This document shows, one piece after another, positions 1-12,545 of a stretch of DNA of 64,000 nucleotides. The DNA is from Camelus ferus (taxonomy: Eukaryota). Each line of letters begins with the position of its first letter. The first letter of the stretch is position 1. The position numbers and the translations under genes were made by a program. Below the pieces are notes generated by a model. It was not told the DNA's origin. It did no database searches and saw only the letters and a program-made list of their open reading frames with translations. The stretch is taken from assembly GCF_009834535.1 (NCBI RefSeq), contig NC_045697.1, positions 27,778,001 through 27,842,000 of the forward strand, read 5' to 3'.

Positions 1-861
1 CAGTGCTTGATGAGAAAAATCAAGGCTGAACTTGCAGCTCTTGTCCTCTGGACTTGTCCCAGCCCCATGGGAGGGTCAAGTGCTCAGTCCCAGTCATTCT
101 CTGTCTGCCCTGACCTGCCATAGTCCTCAAGACCATACCAGGTCCTGTCCCAAGATATGCTAATTACTAAAACAAAAACATAGATAAAGTATATTTATTG
201 TACTTTTATTTTCATTGCCCTAAAATGTTATATATCTTATCTAATTAGGCTTGATAAATTAATTACCCTTAATATTTTGTTATTACAAAAATCTAAACAC
301 TGGGTGTTGTTTCCCTGGGGGTTCTTAGTTTTGAAGCCCTTTTAAAGATTCGTGCCTGAACCACTCTTATGTTACCAAACAACCTCAAGGCAGCAACTCC
401 AAGAAAGTGCAAGGGCAGAACTGACCAGCTGGTCCTTTTTTGGACATGCCCGAACTTTCACGCAGCGAGAGGAATGTCACACACCCACTTTCACGGGCTG
501 CTCCAGATGGCAATGAAAACCACATGTTTTACAAGCGAGTTGTGTGTAGTCACGCAGAGGGTTACTCAATTTATGTCCACTTGGCAGAGAGTTTTGAGGT
601 GAATCCTTTCAAGATGACATATATCACCTGGGACTTGAAAAGTAAATTATTTAGGGCAAATAGAGTGAAATAATGGTTATTACTGATTAATCTTGATGAA
701 TATGCACAATACAGCAATGAAATAGGTATTACAGAACTTTGGCTTGATAAAATTGATTCTTTATATGTAGGAGAGATTTAAAAACTGTATTAACAATAGA
801 AATAAATTACATGTGTGGTAAGATTCAAACAATTGCTTTGTAAATTACAAATTCTCATTAA

Positions 862-985
862 TTACCTCATTTGATCCTCAAAAAAATTCCTTAAGATAAA
901 TTGTCTTGAGAGTTCCATTTTATAGATGAGGACACTAAAAATCAGAAACATTCAGTGATTGGCCCCAGGCCATACAGTCAATGAC
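862..985 (-). mobile_element. MIR SINE fragment
   Basis: Reverse-complement MIR core: ctcatttgatcctca...ccattttatagatgaggacact...ccccaggccatacag. Confidence 0.8.
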
Positions 986-997
986 ACAACAGTTCTA

Positions 998-1521
998 TGT
1001 CTCAACTAGCATGCTTTTGGTTGCAAGTAACAGAAAATCTCAATCAAAATATACTACACAGTAAATAGAATAATGAAACTCTGTAACAGAAAAAGATCCA
1101 GTGGTGCAATGGGCTTCAGGCACAGTTTGATCAGAAATCCTGCTGTTTTATTTTGGTTGTCTTGAATTTACCTTCTTTTTTCTGTCAGCTGTATTCTCAA
1201 GCTCTTTTTCCATTTGGTAGCAAAACGCTGAAGCAGTTGTAAGGCCCATCACACTATCTAGAAGGAGAAAGTAATTTTCTTTCTCCAATCATCAAACTTG
1301 AGACCCAGGCCTCACTTTTATCACATCAGGGGCCAGGGGAATGCCATATACTGATTGACTCAGGCCTTGGGTACATACCGATGCATAAGCCAATGACCAG
1401 GTCCATCAAGACCATAACCCAAAAGCTGGAGGTTGGATTAGTCCCCTCCAAACCCCACGGCTGCTATGGCATGTGGAAGGGATGGAATGGAGGCTGCAGA
1501 GTCAACCACAGCATCCACCAC
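998..1521 (-). mobile_element. Old MaLR solo LTR (MLT1K/L-like)
   Basis: Starts tgtctc...cttttggttgcaagtaacagaaaa (reverse of the old MLT1 3' end), has a ctgattg motif and ends ...catccaccaca; subfamily uncertain. Confidence 0.7.
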
Positions 1522-1849
1522 AAGTCAGGACATTAATTCATGACTTAGGACTATAAATCCTATGGGGTTTTTTTTTCCTCTATAAGTTACATATTGTTAC
1601 CTTTCACTTCTGGAGCCAATAATTCTAAATAAAATTGTTATTTGTGTGTGTGAATGTGCCCAAAGAGGCCCTTCCATGACCAGAAGTCCTTTCCAGCTGT
1701 TGTGCACTAAGAATGGACGCGCCTTTGTTGGGGGGGGGGGGGGCGCCATGATCTGTTGTCTTTTGCTTCTTTTGGTTACATCTCCAACTCACGTTCCTCT
1801 CAAATGTTTTGTCCCATTGGTTTTTATTTTAAATGCATTTTTGTTTCTT

Positions 1850-2350
1850 TGTGTCAGGGACCAACCAAGAAGACAGAAATCAGTCTAAATATTTTAAACA
1901 GAGGAAGTTTAATGTACTGAGATGAAAGACATTTAGAAGCCAAACAAGGGATGGTGAGGCAATCCAGAGACTAGCCGCGGCAGGAAGTCACCGCCACTCC
2001 CAGGCTGGAGGGACAAAGGGAGGAGGTGATGCTACCCGAGCCCTGCGCCTGGGATTACCCAGAGGAAGTGAGAACTATGGCAGGTTTCCTGAGTGAGCTG
2101 GAGCCAAGGAAGAGAGGCAGCAGCTGCCAGAGATATCACCCCAGTGCCGAGGGAGAGGGAGAAACGCCCCGCCTTCTCCCTCCTTCCTTGTCTCCAAACT
2201 CCCACCAGAGCCTCCATGGGCCAAACCCAGTTGGGAGCCGCTGCCACGGGGCCCAAAAACATCAGCCTGGAGGGGTCAGCCCCCTGAATACACAGCCAGG
2301 GAAGGGAGGGTGAGGCATGGATCACAGGTCAAGCAGACCCAGAACCAGCC
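1850..2350 (-). mobile_element. ERVL solo LTR (LTR33/LTR67-like)
   Basis: Minus strand reads gctggttctgggtctgcttg...gctgacccct...actgggtttggcccatggaggc, resembling the LTR33-group 5' end. Confidence 0.6.
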
Positions 2351-5300
2351 CATTTGCCCAATGATGTAATACATGTTCATGGTGGAAATTTTAGAAAATC
2401 CAGATATACAAAGAGGAGAAGATAAAAAAATCATGATCCTATTAGTTCTCAAGAAGTAAGATTGAATCATCCAGTCCCAGGGAACTGCTGAGTGCTACCT
2501 ACTGCTCATTAGTCATTAGGGGATCCATGTTCTGGTCCTTCCCCTGTCAAGAGGCCAGACACTCTAGCAGTTTGACATTTTGTAATATACATACATCTTG
2601 AGAAATTCAGTTTCTCCCCTCTATCAAGTCAAATGTGAAAACACAAATTTTACAACTGCAGTTAAGAAAAGTTTTATTTGCTATTTTTTTTTTTTTTTGC
2701 TTCTTTTCCCAGATAATATGAGCCATATGACTTAGGTTTCTTCTTTTTGCCCAGGCTACCAGGAAACTCAAAGTCACATCTCATGTTTAAGACCAGTAAC
2801 TTTTAACCTTCATGGTGGGCATGTACTCTCTCCCTCTTCTCTGTGTTCCAAAGTGTGTCGCATTATATCAGCTCTCCAATGTATGTGTACACACGAAGAA
2901 GACAGGGACAAAACAAATATAAGCACCTAAGGGAGAGGCCCTTGAGTTATTTCCCCAGAGGACTGCTGGGGCATCCCTGACCCTGTCCAACTTCGTCCAC
3001 TCGGAGCCAGCTGGCCAGCGCTGGGGAGTCGTCTGCCACCAGGGAACAGATTCTATCACCCTCCTCAACAGCAGATGGCCGCACTTCACTAATCCACATC
3101 ATACATCATTGCTGAGTGAGACACCGCCATCCACTGTACAAATCACTAGCACCTTTGCTCCAACTCAGTAGGCTGGGGAGTATGTGCGTGCACTTAAATA
3201 GATAGACTCCGGTTCAATAATTTTTCATCTAAGTGGTCCTATTAGCATCTTAACAATGGAAAGGGGTAGAATGAGGGGCCACCCAGGGAATTATGGTGGA
3301 TTTTTAATTAGGTTAGGCATTTTAATTAGGTTGGGCAAAGCTTTTTCAAAGGTGAAAAGTATTGTCTCTTCCAGCGAGCACCTCTCTGGCCTGTTTTTAG
3401 CTTCCTGGATTCACAAGTCAGTCCCTCTTGAAATGCTTCTCTTACACTTTGTTTATCTGAGGCTGATGGTCTGCGCATTGGACCCAGTTTAATATAATTT
3501 TTACTATGGCTATCGAATCCGTAATTCTATTGAGAGGGTTATTATCATGTTGTCTAGGACACCTTACCATGGCAATCACCAGTCCGGGTGCACGCCCATC
3601 CCACCCCACTCCACCCACCGTCCCCAACCCTATCTACCTCAAATTTCAGAAATGAAACTGCTGCTCGCTCCCATTCCACTGAGACGATGAGGATTTGGGA
3701 CTCAACAGCATAACAAAGTAGATATTTGGAAATTATCTAGATAATTTGATTAAGATAGCAAATAGTTGATATCACTGAGGCCCTAAAGTATATCAGTGAT
3801 TCTAAAGAACATGGAAAATCCCTCAATTGCTTATAATTGGTTCTGAGTTCTATAACCACACAGGCTGCTTTTACAGCAATTTTGCTTTCCTGATTACATT
3901 TTACATAATCAAATGCATTCATATTAGTTTGTATTCTCTGAGTACATATGCTCATCAGAGTAGAGTTGAAAGTTGGCAATAATAATAAAGATGCAACGCT
4001 GACAAAAGAAGGGAAACATTGCAGTATTTGGTGTGAAAATGGTGTGTGTGTGTGTGTGTAAGTTCCACTCCTGGTTTCAGTGCAGAGTTGGGTCAGACTC
4101 CAAGCATGGCTTTAGAACGCAGGCGTTGAAGGTGAGTGATTGTAACAATAACCCATTTCACAGGTGTGGACATTAGCCAATAGACATGCACCTCCCTGGC
4201 TTCGCACCAAGACCTAAGGTGGGGCCGCAGCCTGGACTTGTCCAGGAGGTTCATGCCTCCAGCAGATAGAGTCTTGCTGCAGAACTGTATCTCACTAACA
4301 ATGAGACTTACTGGAAAAACAAATAAAATGCTTTAAATGTTTAAATGCATTTTCAAGTATTCATCCTCCAAATATTTAGACTCTGAGCCGACTAGGCCAA
4401 GAGCCCAAGCTTCCTGTGCATGCTGAATGGTTCCAACAATCTCCCCAAGATCAGCAAATATATAACAACTTAAAATATTATCCTCTTGGAGCCAAAAAAT
4501 AATTCCCCAGGTATTGCTCCAGGAAATCAACAAGGTGTCTCTGTCCAAAGTCCCCCTTCATAGTGCCTGCAAGAGTTGATTACTTGTTAGTAAGTTTAAG
4601 AAATTTTCATGAAAGTCTCCCTGGCACCACGGTCTGTGTCCACAGTGAAGCTGCAGCATAAAAAAGAGTGAGAATGGAGACTGAGGAGTAGAGATGGGTA
4701 GGAGGAAAAGGGAGGAAGCAGGACAGAGATGCAGAAAGAGCAACAAACAGCCCATTGAGAACAGAAGGCTTGGATGCCTGAATCAAGTCGTAAAGAGCGC
4801 ATCTCAGTAAACCAGGGGTTTGGGGGTTGTTTTTAAGAGAGAGGGGAGGAGGGTGAGAGTGGCATAGGCTGACTGCCTTTTGCAGTTAAATTTCTCTAAG
4901 TTCAGTCATCTTATAATGTATTCTCCTTTTCTCGGACATATCCATACTAAAACTTCCTCTTTTTTTAAGCCTCCACAGCAAAAAAAAAAAAAAAAAAAAA
5001 GCATAGCACTGCCAGTGAATTTATCTAATTCTAGAGTTTAGCCATCTCATCTTTATCTAAGAAACCCCATAGGATAAAATAAATACCTTTAATATAGATT
5101 TTGATTCAAGATACTTTATCAGTGCTTAGTTCAGCCTTCCCAACAGACTAGGTAGAACAGTGGAGTCAAATCTTATACACATTAAATTTTTGTAAGCTTG
5201 ATTATATGTGAGAATGAGAGAGAGAGAGAATGGATATTAGTCTTTAAAAAGCATGTGCCCCAGAGTGAATATGAGACAGGACCAATAAATCTGTTCTGAC

Positions 5301-5778
5301 CTAGGTCTGTCTCCATGCCTACAGACCATCCCCTGTGCAGTCTTTTGCTTGAAAGGCACACTTTTTATACACATGACCCCCAAATTCAAGCTAACTGCTT
5401 CACTGCTCAGACAAGAAAAAAGCCACGTGCTCCAATGATGGAGGGAACCTGGTTGAGAAACAGTATTCCAGGCTCCAGCATGGTACCTCCCTAAGAGAGT
5501 TTCAAGGGCAGGTTTGATTATCTGTGATTTTTATCTTGTGGCTGACTTTAGAGCCTGTCCCTCTCAGCAGACGCATCTCTGCTGAATGATGTCTTCCTTG
5601 GCAAACAGAAAAGTAAAAAAGAAGTGGGGTCATTTTTCTGATGTCTCTGTGCTGGAACTAGAAACTTTGTTTTCTCAATCTCTGTGCCCAACTACAGAGC
5701 ACAACACAATCTCTTTTGGCTTTTCCTTAATTTGGGGTACAAAAATGGTCCACAAACAAAAGGCATGAGAGATAGAGC

Positions 5779-6040
5779 CATTCATTCATTCATTCATTCA
5801 TTCTTTTCTTCATCAAATATTTGCAGGGTACCAACAACATATCAGGCACAGGAGTCTACAGTGAGCTGCTGCTGAATCAAAAGGGGATCTAAAGACCTGA
5901 TCTCGACTTGGTTAGACGTAACTCGCATTGTGACATTGGAGGAACTGCTGATCCTTCTGGGTCTCAATTGCCTACTTGATGAAAAAGTTGTGCAAATAAG
6001 TTCTAAGATTCCTCTCAGTAGTAAAATTCTGTGAATTCAA
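5779..6040. mobile_element. L2 3' tail (minus) followed by MIR3-like fragment (plus)
   Basis: (CATT)n plus aaatatttg...caggcacagg; then ctaagattcctctcagtagtaaaattctgtga, a MIR3-type 3' end. Confidence 0.6.
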
Positions 6041-6155
6041 TTTAGAAACAGTTTCTAAAACCTGAAAAGAAATAGAACAAACTTCCTTACGGCAACTTTA
6101 TCTATTTCTAACAAGCATCGTGTCCTCATCTTTGCTTTTCCAAGTTATTGTCAAT

Positions 6156-6210
6156 TTCTCTCTCTCTCTCTCTCTCTCTCTTATTCTCACATCTCTCTCT
6201 CACACACACA
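6156..6210. repeat. (TC)n/(CA)n microsatellite
   Basis: Seen directly. Confidence 0.9.
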
Positions 6211-6859
6211 ATTGTACAATATAACAATGTACAAAATAATATAACCATCAACTCCTCCCCTTCTCGGACTCCTACAGCTTCCAAGTAGACACATAAACAA
6301 AATGAAGGGATTTCTTCTGAAATCCTGCTCCCTGTCACAGACACTGTTGTTCAGGCCCTGTCAGGGTGATTCAGGCTTCAGTGTTTTGATTAGAAGTAAT
6401 GATAGCTACGTTGTAGACAGAAGATATGGAAATAGATCTCTCGTGAGATTAATCATACTTTCGGATTGTGCAAAAGCTTCATTTCCAATGACTGCATCAT
6501 TTGTAACATGGCTTTTTGTGTCATATCATCCCGCATGGGGACCTGTTCACTCCTGGTTGTTGAATTTGGCAGAGCGATGGCTTGAGTGTCAGTTGTCTTT
6601 ATTCAGTCTGACCAAAAAAATAATAAAACATTTGTTTAGACCAAGAGGAAAAAATCCTCTAAAATGCTTGAATGTTTGGGATATTCTATCAGAGAATGTT
6701 TACCAATATTCCTTTAGGCAGTATCTACTTCTCAGTCATTCTAGTCAATCAATAACTACGTATTTGAAGAAGTCATGTTTGATCAATAGTTGTGCTTAAC
6801 ACTCTCCCTGAGCATTAAGGAGAAGACTAAAAGTGCAAAATTTCCTGGACTTAGGGGAA

Positions 6860-7225
6860 ATATAGTGAAAAGCCAGGCGGCTTGAATTTGAATCCCACTT
6901 TTACAGCTTACTAAATATTTGACCCCAGGGAAGGTGATCTGTCCTTCTGAATTTTATTTCCCCCACAAGGGCATTAATAATTCCTGCTTAATCTTGCTCA
7001 CAAAAATTTAGTGAAAATAAACTGATGGTCTATAAGAAGAAGCAGAATGTATTACACTTAGATAATGCTTAATTGCCAAGCACTTCACACATTCGCTCAT
7101 TTAATCCTTACAATAATCCCATTTTACAAGAAACCACATCACAGAGAGGTTAAAGGATTTGCTTACAAGAGGTGGAGCTGGCATGCAAACCGAGGCAGAA
7201 TCCACACATTTACCTCCACAGGATA
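6860..7225. mobile_element. Two opposed MIR fragments (plus ~6860-7030, minus ~7065-7225)
   Basis: ttgaatttgaatcccact...gacccc; then catttaatccttacaataatcccattttaca...agaggttaaaggatttgct. Confidence 0.7.
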
Positions 7226-9454
7226 ATCAATAATACAAAGGTAGCTACTAAAATGTTGTAATGCATAAAGGAGGGGAAATGAACTTTTCTTCACCTTCCC
7301 CTACTTTTAATGGAAACGTAGTGGGGCGGGTGAGGGGGGGAGATAAATGTCTGCAATATTTTTAGTGCGTGTGATTAAGATGACTTTGCTAAGTTACTAG
7401 CATTAAAATTTCACGTTTGGTGGTTTTCTCGCAAAATTATAATGCTTCTGACTTATTAGGCTTAAAAATATGGATTTATGCACCAATTCCACATTTTCCT
7501 CTTGAATTTGCATTCCAACAAATTAAAATAATTTTTTAATATCATGGTGAATTCAAGAGAATGTAGCCTCACTGGCTTTCTGCCCGCCTCTACAAAGCAG
7601 GCAAAAACTTGAAAACCAAAGACACTAGCAACCTTCCAGCAAACAAAGGCGGTCATTATGTTTTCCGCACTTAGGAGCTTTTAGTCTGCCAGGCAGATAC
7701 AGAGAGCACTCATCTCCTTCCAGCTCCCAAATCTCTTCACTTCCTCTTTCTCCTCCTGTCCAGAGCCTTTTGAGCGAGATGGCCAATAAGCCCCTTGTTT
7801 CCCATCTCTGCAGGAACAAGTGGGTGCTACTCTCAGTGTCTACTAAACCATAAGTCCTTTGAGGATACAGGAAGACAGCCACCAATCTCAAGATCAAAAT
7901 GCAACAAGAGGGAGGCTGCAAGCAGAGAAGAGGCTGCCCACCACCACCTTCTCTTACAAAAGTGGTAGAATCTCCGGGGGTTGCCAGCAGTTTACTTTAG
8001 CATGGCATATACACTTCCCAAAGGTTCAAGATCACTTAGTTTTACTTTTTAAAATGTTCCTATTGTACAATAAACTACACTATTAGGTATCGGATACTTT
8101 GAACCTCATAGAATCCTTCTGTTCACATTAGTAGGAGCCAACGATAGGATTTGAACCCATGTCCTGCAGACGCCAATGCTCCTGCCCTTTCCTTTACAAC
8201 AGGCTGTCCCTGAATGGATTCTGGAGATCACAGAGTAGTCACTATGATCATACTTTCTTAATCAGTTTATCCTACATTCTAAAATATGTGTAAATCTGTT
8301 TTCTAGAAAACAACACAAAGATCTAGAGAATGGGAGAAAAAAATTTTTTCTTAATTTTTCAGGCTTTAATCATGAAAAGCAACACATCCACTCCAGGCAC
8401 ACTCTCCTTTTTTGATGTTATGACTCCTGCAATGTTTCCCTGGTCCCCAGCTGCCAGGAAGCGGCAATTGGGTAAATCCAGTGAGGGCTAGCAAAAGACA
8501 ACCAAATCCACAGAAAAGGTCAATCTGAAGATAAAATGGCATAAGATGAAATTGACCACTGGAAAAATCAGAGTAGTCATCTCTTTTTAACACATCAGCA
8601 CATGTCCCAAATAGTGTCATCCAGCCTATAATTTGCCTGCATTGTCCAACAAAGTAGAACTGCCTAGGGAAATAGGACTTTATCGCCTCTCTTGCCAACC
8701 CTCTTCCCTACTCCCAGTGACAATCCAACAGAATTCAATCCCAAAGATAAGAGTTTAGTCTTGATACCTCTGGACTGGCCCTGGGCCATCCCAACAACTA
8801 GTATCTGTATTGTCACTCTCCTCTAGAAGGTTATTTTCACAAAGAAAACATTCCTAGTCATTCAGTAGGAACTGGGTCATCACAACTAATTACCCACCAG
8901 TCAAAAGAATGAGCTCTGCTAAACAAGTGTTCTCTTCCAGGTGTGAGGATGGCTTGCCTGGGAGACAGGGTGAAGTGGCCACAGTCATAGTCTTCCTCAA
9001 CAGGTAGGTAGTGGGGTGAGGTGCTTGATACCCAAGAAAGTCCATCAGGAAAAGAAGGCCACTTTAAGAGCATTTAATGTTGCCCAACAAGTCCAACTTA
9101 CATCGGGAGTGGTTAATACTTGTAGGTATAACATCTATCATTAGTTATTCAGGAAAGCAACACAGAAAGTCACTACCAGGTCAGATGGCCCAAAGCATGC
9201 AAGTCAATTAAACAGCCCGATGAAGGTGACACGAGGCATGAGCGATGCCCAAGAAGTTGATACGCCCAGCGTGGCTGGATGCAAAGCAAGCCGCCTGATA
9301 GCTGAACATGTTTTGAAATACTTGTAAACTCTTTATGATAAATGGAAACTACCAAAGAAGAAAAGATACTAAATCACTAAGCCAAAATAAAAATTAATGA
9401 AGAAGGGTAACATCCACAATACTGAATACCCTCGGAGGCTCTTTGATCTGGGGA

Positions 9455-9489
9455 TTTCTTTCTTTCATTCTTTCTTTCTTTCTTTCTTT

Positions 9490-9563
<74 letters not shown>

Positions 9564-9610
9564 TTTCTTTCTTCCTTTCTTCCTTTCTTCCTTTCTTCCT
9601 TTCTTTTTTT
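9455..9610. repeat. (TTTC)n/(TTCC)n microsatellite derived from the SINE poly-A tail
   Basis: Seen directly; lies between the SINE body and its TSD. Confidence 0.95.
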
Positions 9611-9730
9611 GTGGCAAGGGAGGCAATTAGGTTTATTCATTTATTTTTAGAGGAGGTGCTGGGGATTGAACCCAGGACCTCCTGTATGCTCAGTGTGTGC
9701 TCTACCACTTGAGCTCTATACCTTCTCCCC
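9460..9730 (-). mobile_element. Camelid tRNA-derived SINE (Vic-1-like) with (TTTC)n-expanded tail
   Basis: Minus strand: ggtatagagctcaagtggtagagc...ggtcctgggttcaatcccc (Pol III A and B boxes), aaacctaattgcc; 16-bp TSD tgatctgg(g/a)gatttct at 9444-9459 and 9731-9746. Confidence 0.9.
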
Positions 9731-10004
9731 TGATCTGGAGATTTCTAAATTTGGCTCAAGGCTCCATTAAAAGCAAGGAGTTTAATGTTTGGGCCAATAA
9801 ATAGAGCTAATAAAAGTCACCCTTGGACCGGCCTCTTGGAATGGGGGGAGCATGGGTCACTTATGGTGCTTGGTGATTGGGAATGTTGACAGCAGTCCTG
9901 CTAAGTGCATGCAGCTCCCTTTACACCCTAGATGAGAAGGGACTGTTGCACCTAGGAAGGAAAGCAAGAGCAAAACCTACCCCCAAGCCATAGTATTGAA
10001 ATCT

Positions 10005-10490
10005 CATTTGACAGATATACACTGAGCATCTACTAGGTGCCGGGGTTTAAGCAGGAAGTACACGCAGTCGAATAAGCAGCAGGCCCAGCCCATGCACTCC
10101 AGAGTAGAAGGAAGTCATTCATGTAACCCCAGCCACGATACAGGTCAGACTGTGATGAGGGCTACGTGGAGGGAAGAGCAACTAACTCTGCACGGAAAGA
10201 GTCTAGAAGCCTTTACAGAGGTAGTGCTACTTCGCTGAGCCATAAAGAATGACTGAAAAAAAAAAAAAAAAAACCCAGCAGCTAGAAGAGGGTGGTATTC
10301 TGAGCAGAGGATACAAGCTAAGTGAGAGTCAGAGGAGCTGAGGGGCAGAGGCAGCAGGGGTGAAGAGCTAGAATTCTGACATGGAGGGAGTTCAAGGCCC
10401 GAGGCTGGAAAGGTACATCAGGACACACAGCAGATGCTCTGTCATGGCTTGATACCTATGCACGTGACCTTGTTTTGTAGGCTGGGGATT
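10005..10490 (-). mobile_element. L2 fragment
   Basis: catttgacagatatacactgagcatctactaggtgcc...gaagcctttacagaggtagtg...gctgagccataaagaatga. Confidence 0.65.
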
Positions 10491-10699
10491 GTAAGCACTT
10501 TACATACTTATATTTCATATTTACTTTTTCGTTTTTATATTTCAACAGAGCTTTTGTCAAGTGATTCTTACAAGGAACTTGAATGTATATAACAAAGAGA
10601 AGAGATGTTTTATTAGCACAAGCTTACTTCTGTAATCTCAGTTTTAATGCACTTGCTAATTTTTAAATTAAACTGACAAGAAAAATTATAATCGTTTGC

Positions 10700-11350
10700 A
10701 CATCAGTCAAGATTTTTTTTCAAGTGCAAGTGACAGAAAACCCAATCCAAGCTAACTCAGAGAATAAAAACAAAAAGTTGGGGAGGAGAAAGATTTTTTT
10801 TGACTCATGTAAATCCAAAAAGTGGTTCTGGGGTTCGGGAATCAGTTGATTGAGGGGCTGAAAGAATATTATCAAAGCTTTCTGTCTGTTTCTCAGTTCC
10901 ATGTCCCTCTATTCTGGCAGCTCCGTTCTCGAGATGGGCGTCCTTCCGGTGTAGGGTCCACAGCAGCTTTAGGCTTATAACCATCTTCACAAGTTGCAGT
11001 CTCCTTCTTAACAGAAGCCAACACAATCTCAGAACTCAGCCTCACTGGCCTGGTCTGACTCACACACCCATCCCTGGACCAGTCACTGTGCCTGGACCAT
11101 GGTACACGCTGAACGGTCATGGTGTGACCTGCATCCATCCAGAGTCTCCATTGGCTGAGAGTGGAGGCAGATGGCATTTCAGGGGAAAACCAAGACGCTA
11201 TTCCCAGAAGAAGAAAGAAAGATGTGGGGGGAGCGGTAGGACTGCATGCCTAGCATGCACAAGGTCCTGGGTTCAATCCCCAGTAACTCCATTAATAAAA
11301 ATAAATAAATAAATAAATACAAACCTAATTACGCTGGGCAGGTTAAATAT
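10700..11350 (-). mobile_element. Old MaLR LTR (MLT1K/L-like) interrupted by a SINE
   Basis: gtgcaagtgacagaaaacccaatccaagctaact...tgactcatgtaa...ctcactggcctggtctgactcacacacccatccctggaccagtcactgtg. Confidence 0.7.
11225..11331 (+). mobile_element. Vic-1-like SINE (partial)
   Basis: gcatgcctagcatgcacaaggtcctgggttcaatccccagtaactccatt...(aaat)n...aaacctaattac. Confidence 0.85.
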
Positions 11351-11724
11351 AATGCAAAAATTTTAAATTTGGATTAAGGAATAACAATTGCAGGCTTACA
11401 TCCATCTTCACATCCACTTTGCTTCTGTATTTTATCTGCACAGTATTGAGAAAACCCTGATTCACACAGGTGAGCAGTTACAAACAGTAACTTTTTTTCA
11501 AACAGCACACCTGGAACACTCAGGATACTCTTTAATTAAATTTGTGCCGAAGTTTGAAAGCAGGCTGAAAGTTTGAGTAATCGGCAATTCTATTTCAAAG
11601 CTTAATTACGTAAATTGTGCAGAGGCTCCTCTGCTAATCTGTTTCATGGGGAAGAGGCTTTTCAAATATATCTGCAGTATATGGTGAGAAATTCAACAAG
11701 GTCACTTTCATTCATTCACTTATT

Positions 11725-12158
11725 TATTTTAACTGAAGTATAGTTGATGCATAATATTAGATGAGTTACAGGTGTACAATATAGTGATTCACAATTATTG
11801 AAGTTTATACTCCATTTATAGTTATTATAAAATATTGGCTATGTTCCCTGTGTTGTATAATATATCCTTGATGCTTATTTTATACCTAAATAGTTTTTAC
11901 TTTAATCCCCAGCTCCTTTATTGTCCCTCCTCCCTTCCCTTTCCCACTGGTAACCACTAATTTGCTCTCTACATCTGTGAGTCTGCTTCTTTTTAGTTTT
12001 ATTTACTAGTTTCTTGAAGTTTTTAGATGCCACATATGAGCGGTATCATACAGTATTTGTCTTTCCCTGTCTGACATTTCACTTAGCATAATGCCCTCCA
12101 AGTCTATCCATGTTGTTGCAAATGGCAAATTTTCCTTTTTTATGGCTGAGTAATATTC

Positions 12159-12202
<44 letters not shown>

Positions 12203-12545
12203 GCGTGCATGCGTGTTTGTGTATAACATCTTCTTTATCTGTTCATCTGCTGATGGACACTTAGGTTGCCTCCATTTCTTGGCTATTGTAAATAATGCTG
12301 CTATCTATGAATGTTGGGTACAAGTATATTTTTGAATTCATGTTTTCATTTTTTTCAGCTATATACCCAGGAGTAGGATTGCTGGGTCATATGGTAGTTC
12401 TATTTTTAATTTTTTAAGGAACCTCCATACTGTTTTCCATAGTGGCTGCACCAGTTTACATTCCCACCAACAGTGTACGAGGTGTTCCCTTGTCTCCACA
12501 TCCTTGCCAACATTTATTTGTGTTCTTTTTGCTGATAGCCATTCA
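11725..12545 (-). mobile_element. L1 3' end (cetartiodactyl-type) with internal (TG)n at ~12161-12198
   Basis: ctgaagtatagttgat...cccactggtaaccact...tatggctgagtaatattcca...acattcccaccaacagtgta. Confidence 0.9.

Noticed and set aside
6302..6799. 165-aa ORF as a protein-coding gene
   Set aside because: No recognisable domain or exon context; probably a chance ORF over non-coding DNA
9377..9712. Low-complexity K/E/R- and F/L/S-rich ORFs
   Set aside because: Translations of the (TTTC)n microsatellite
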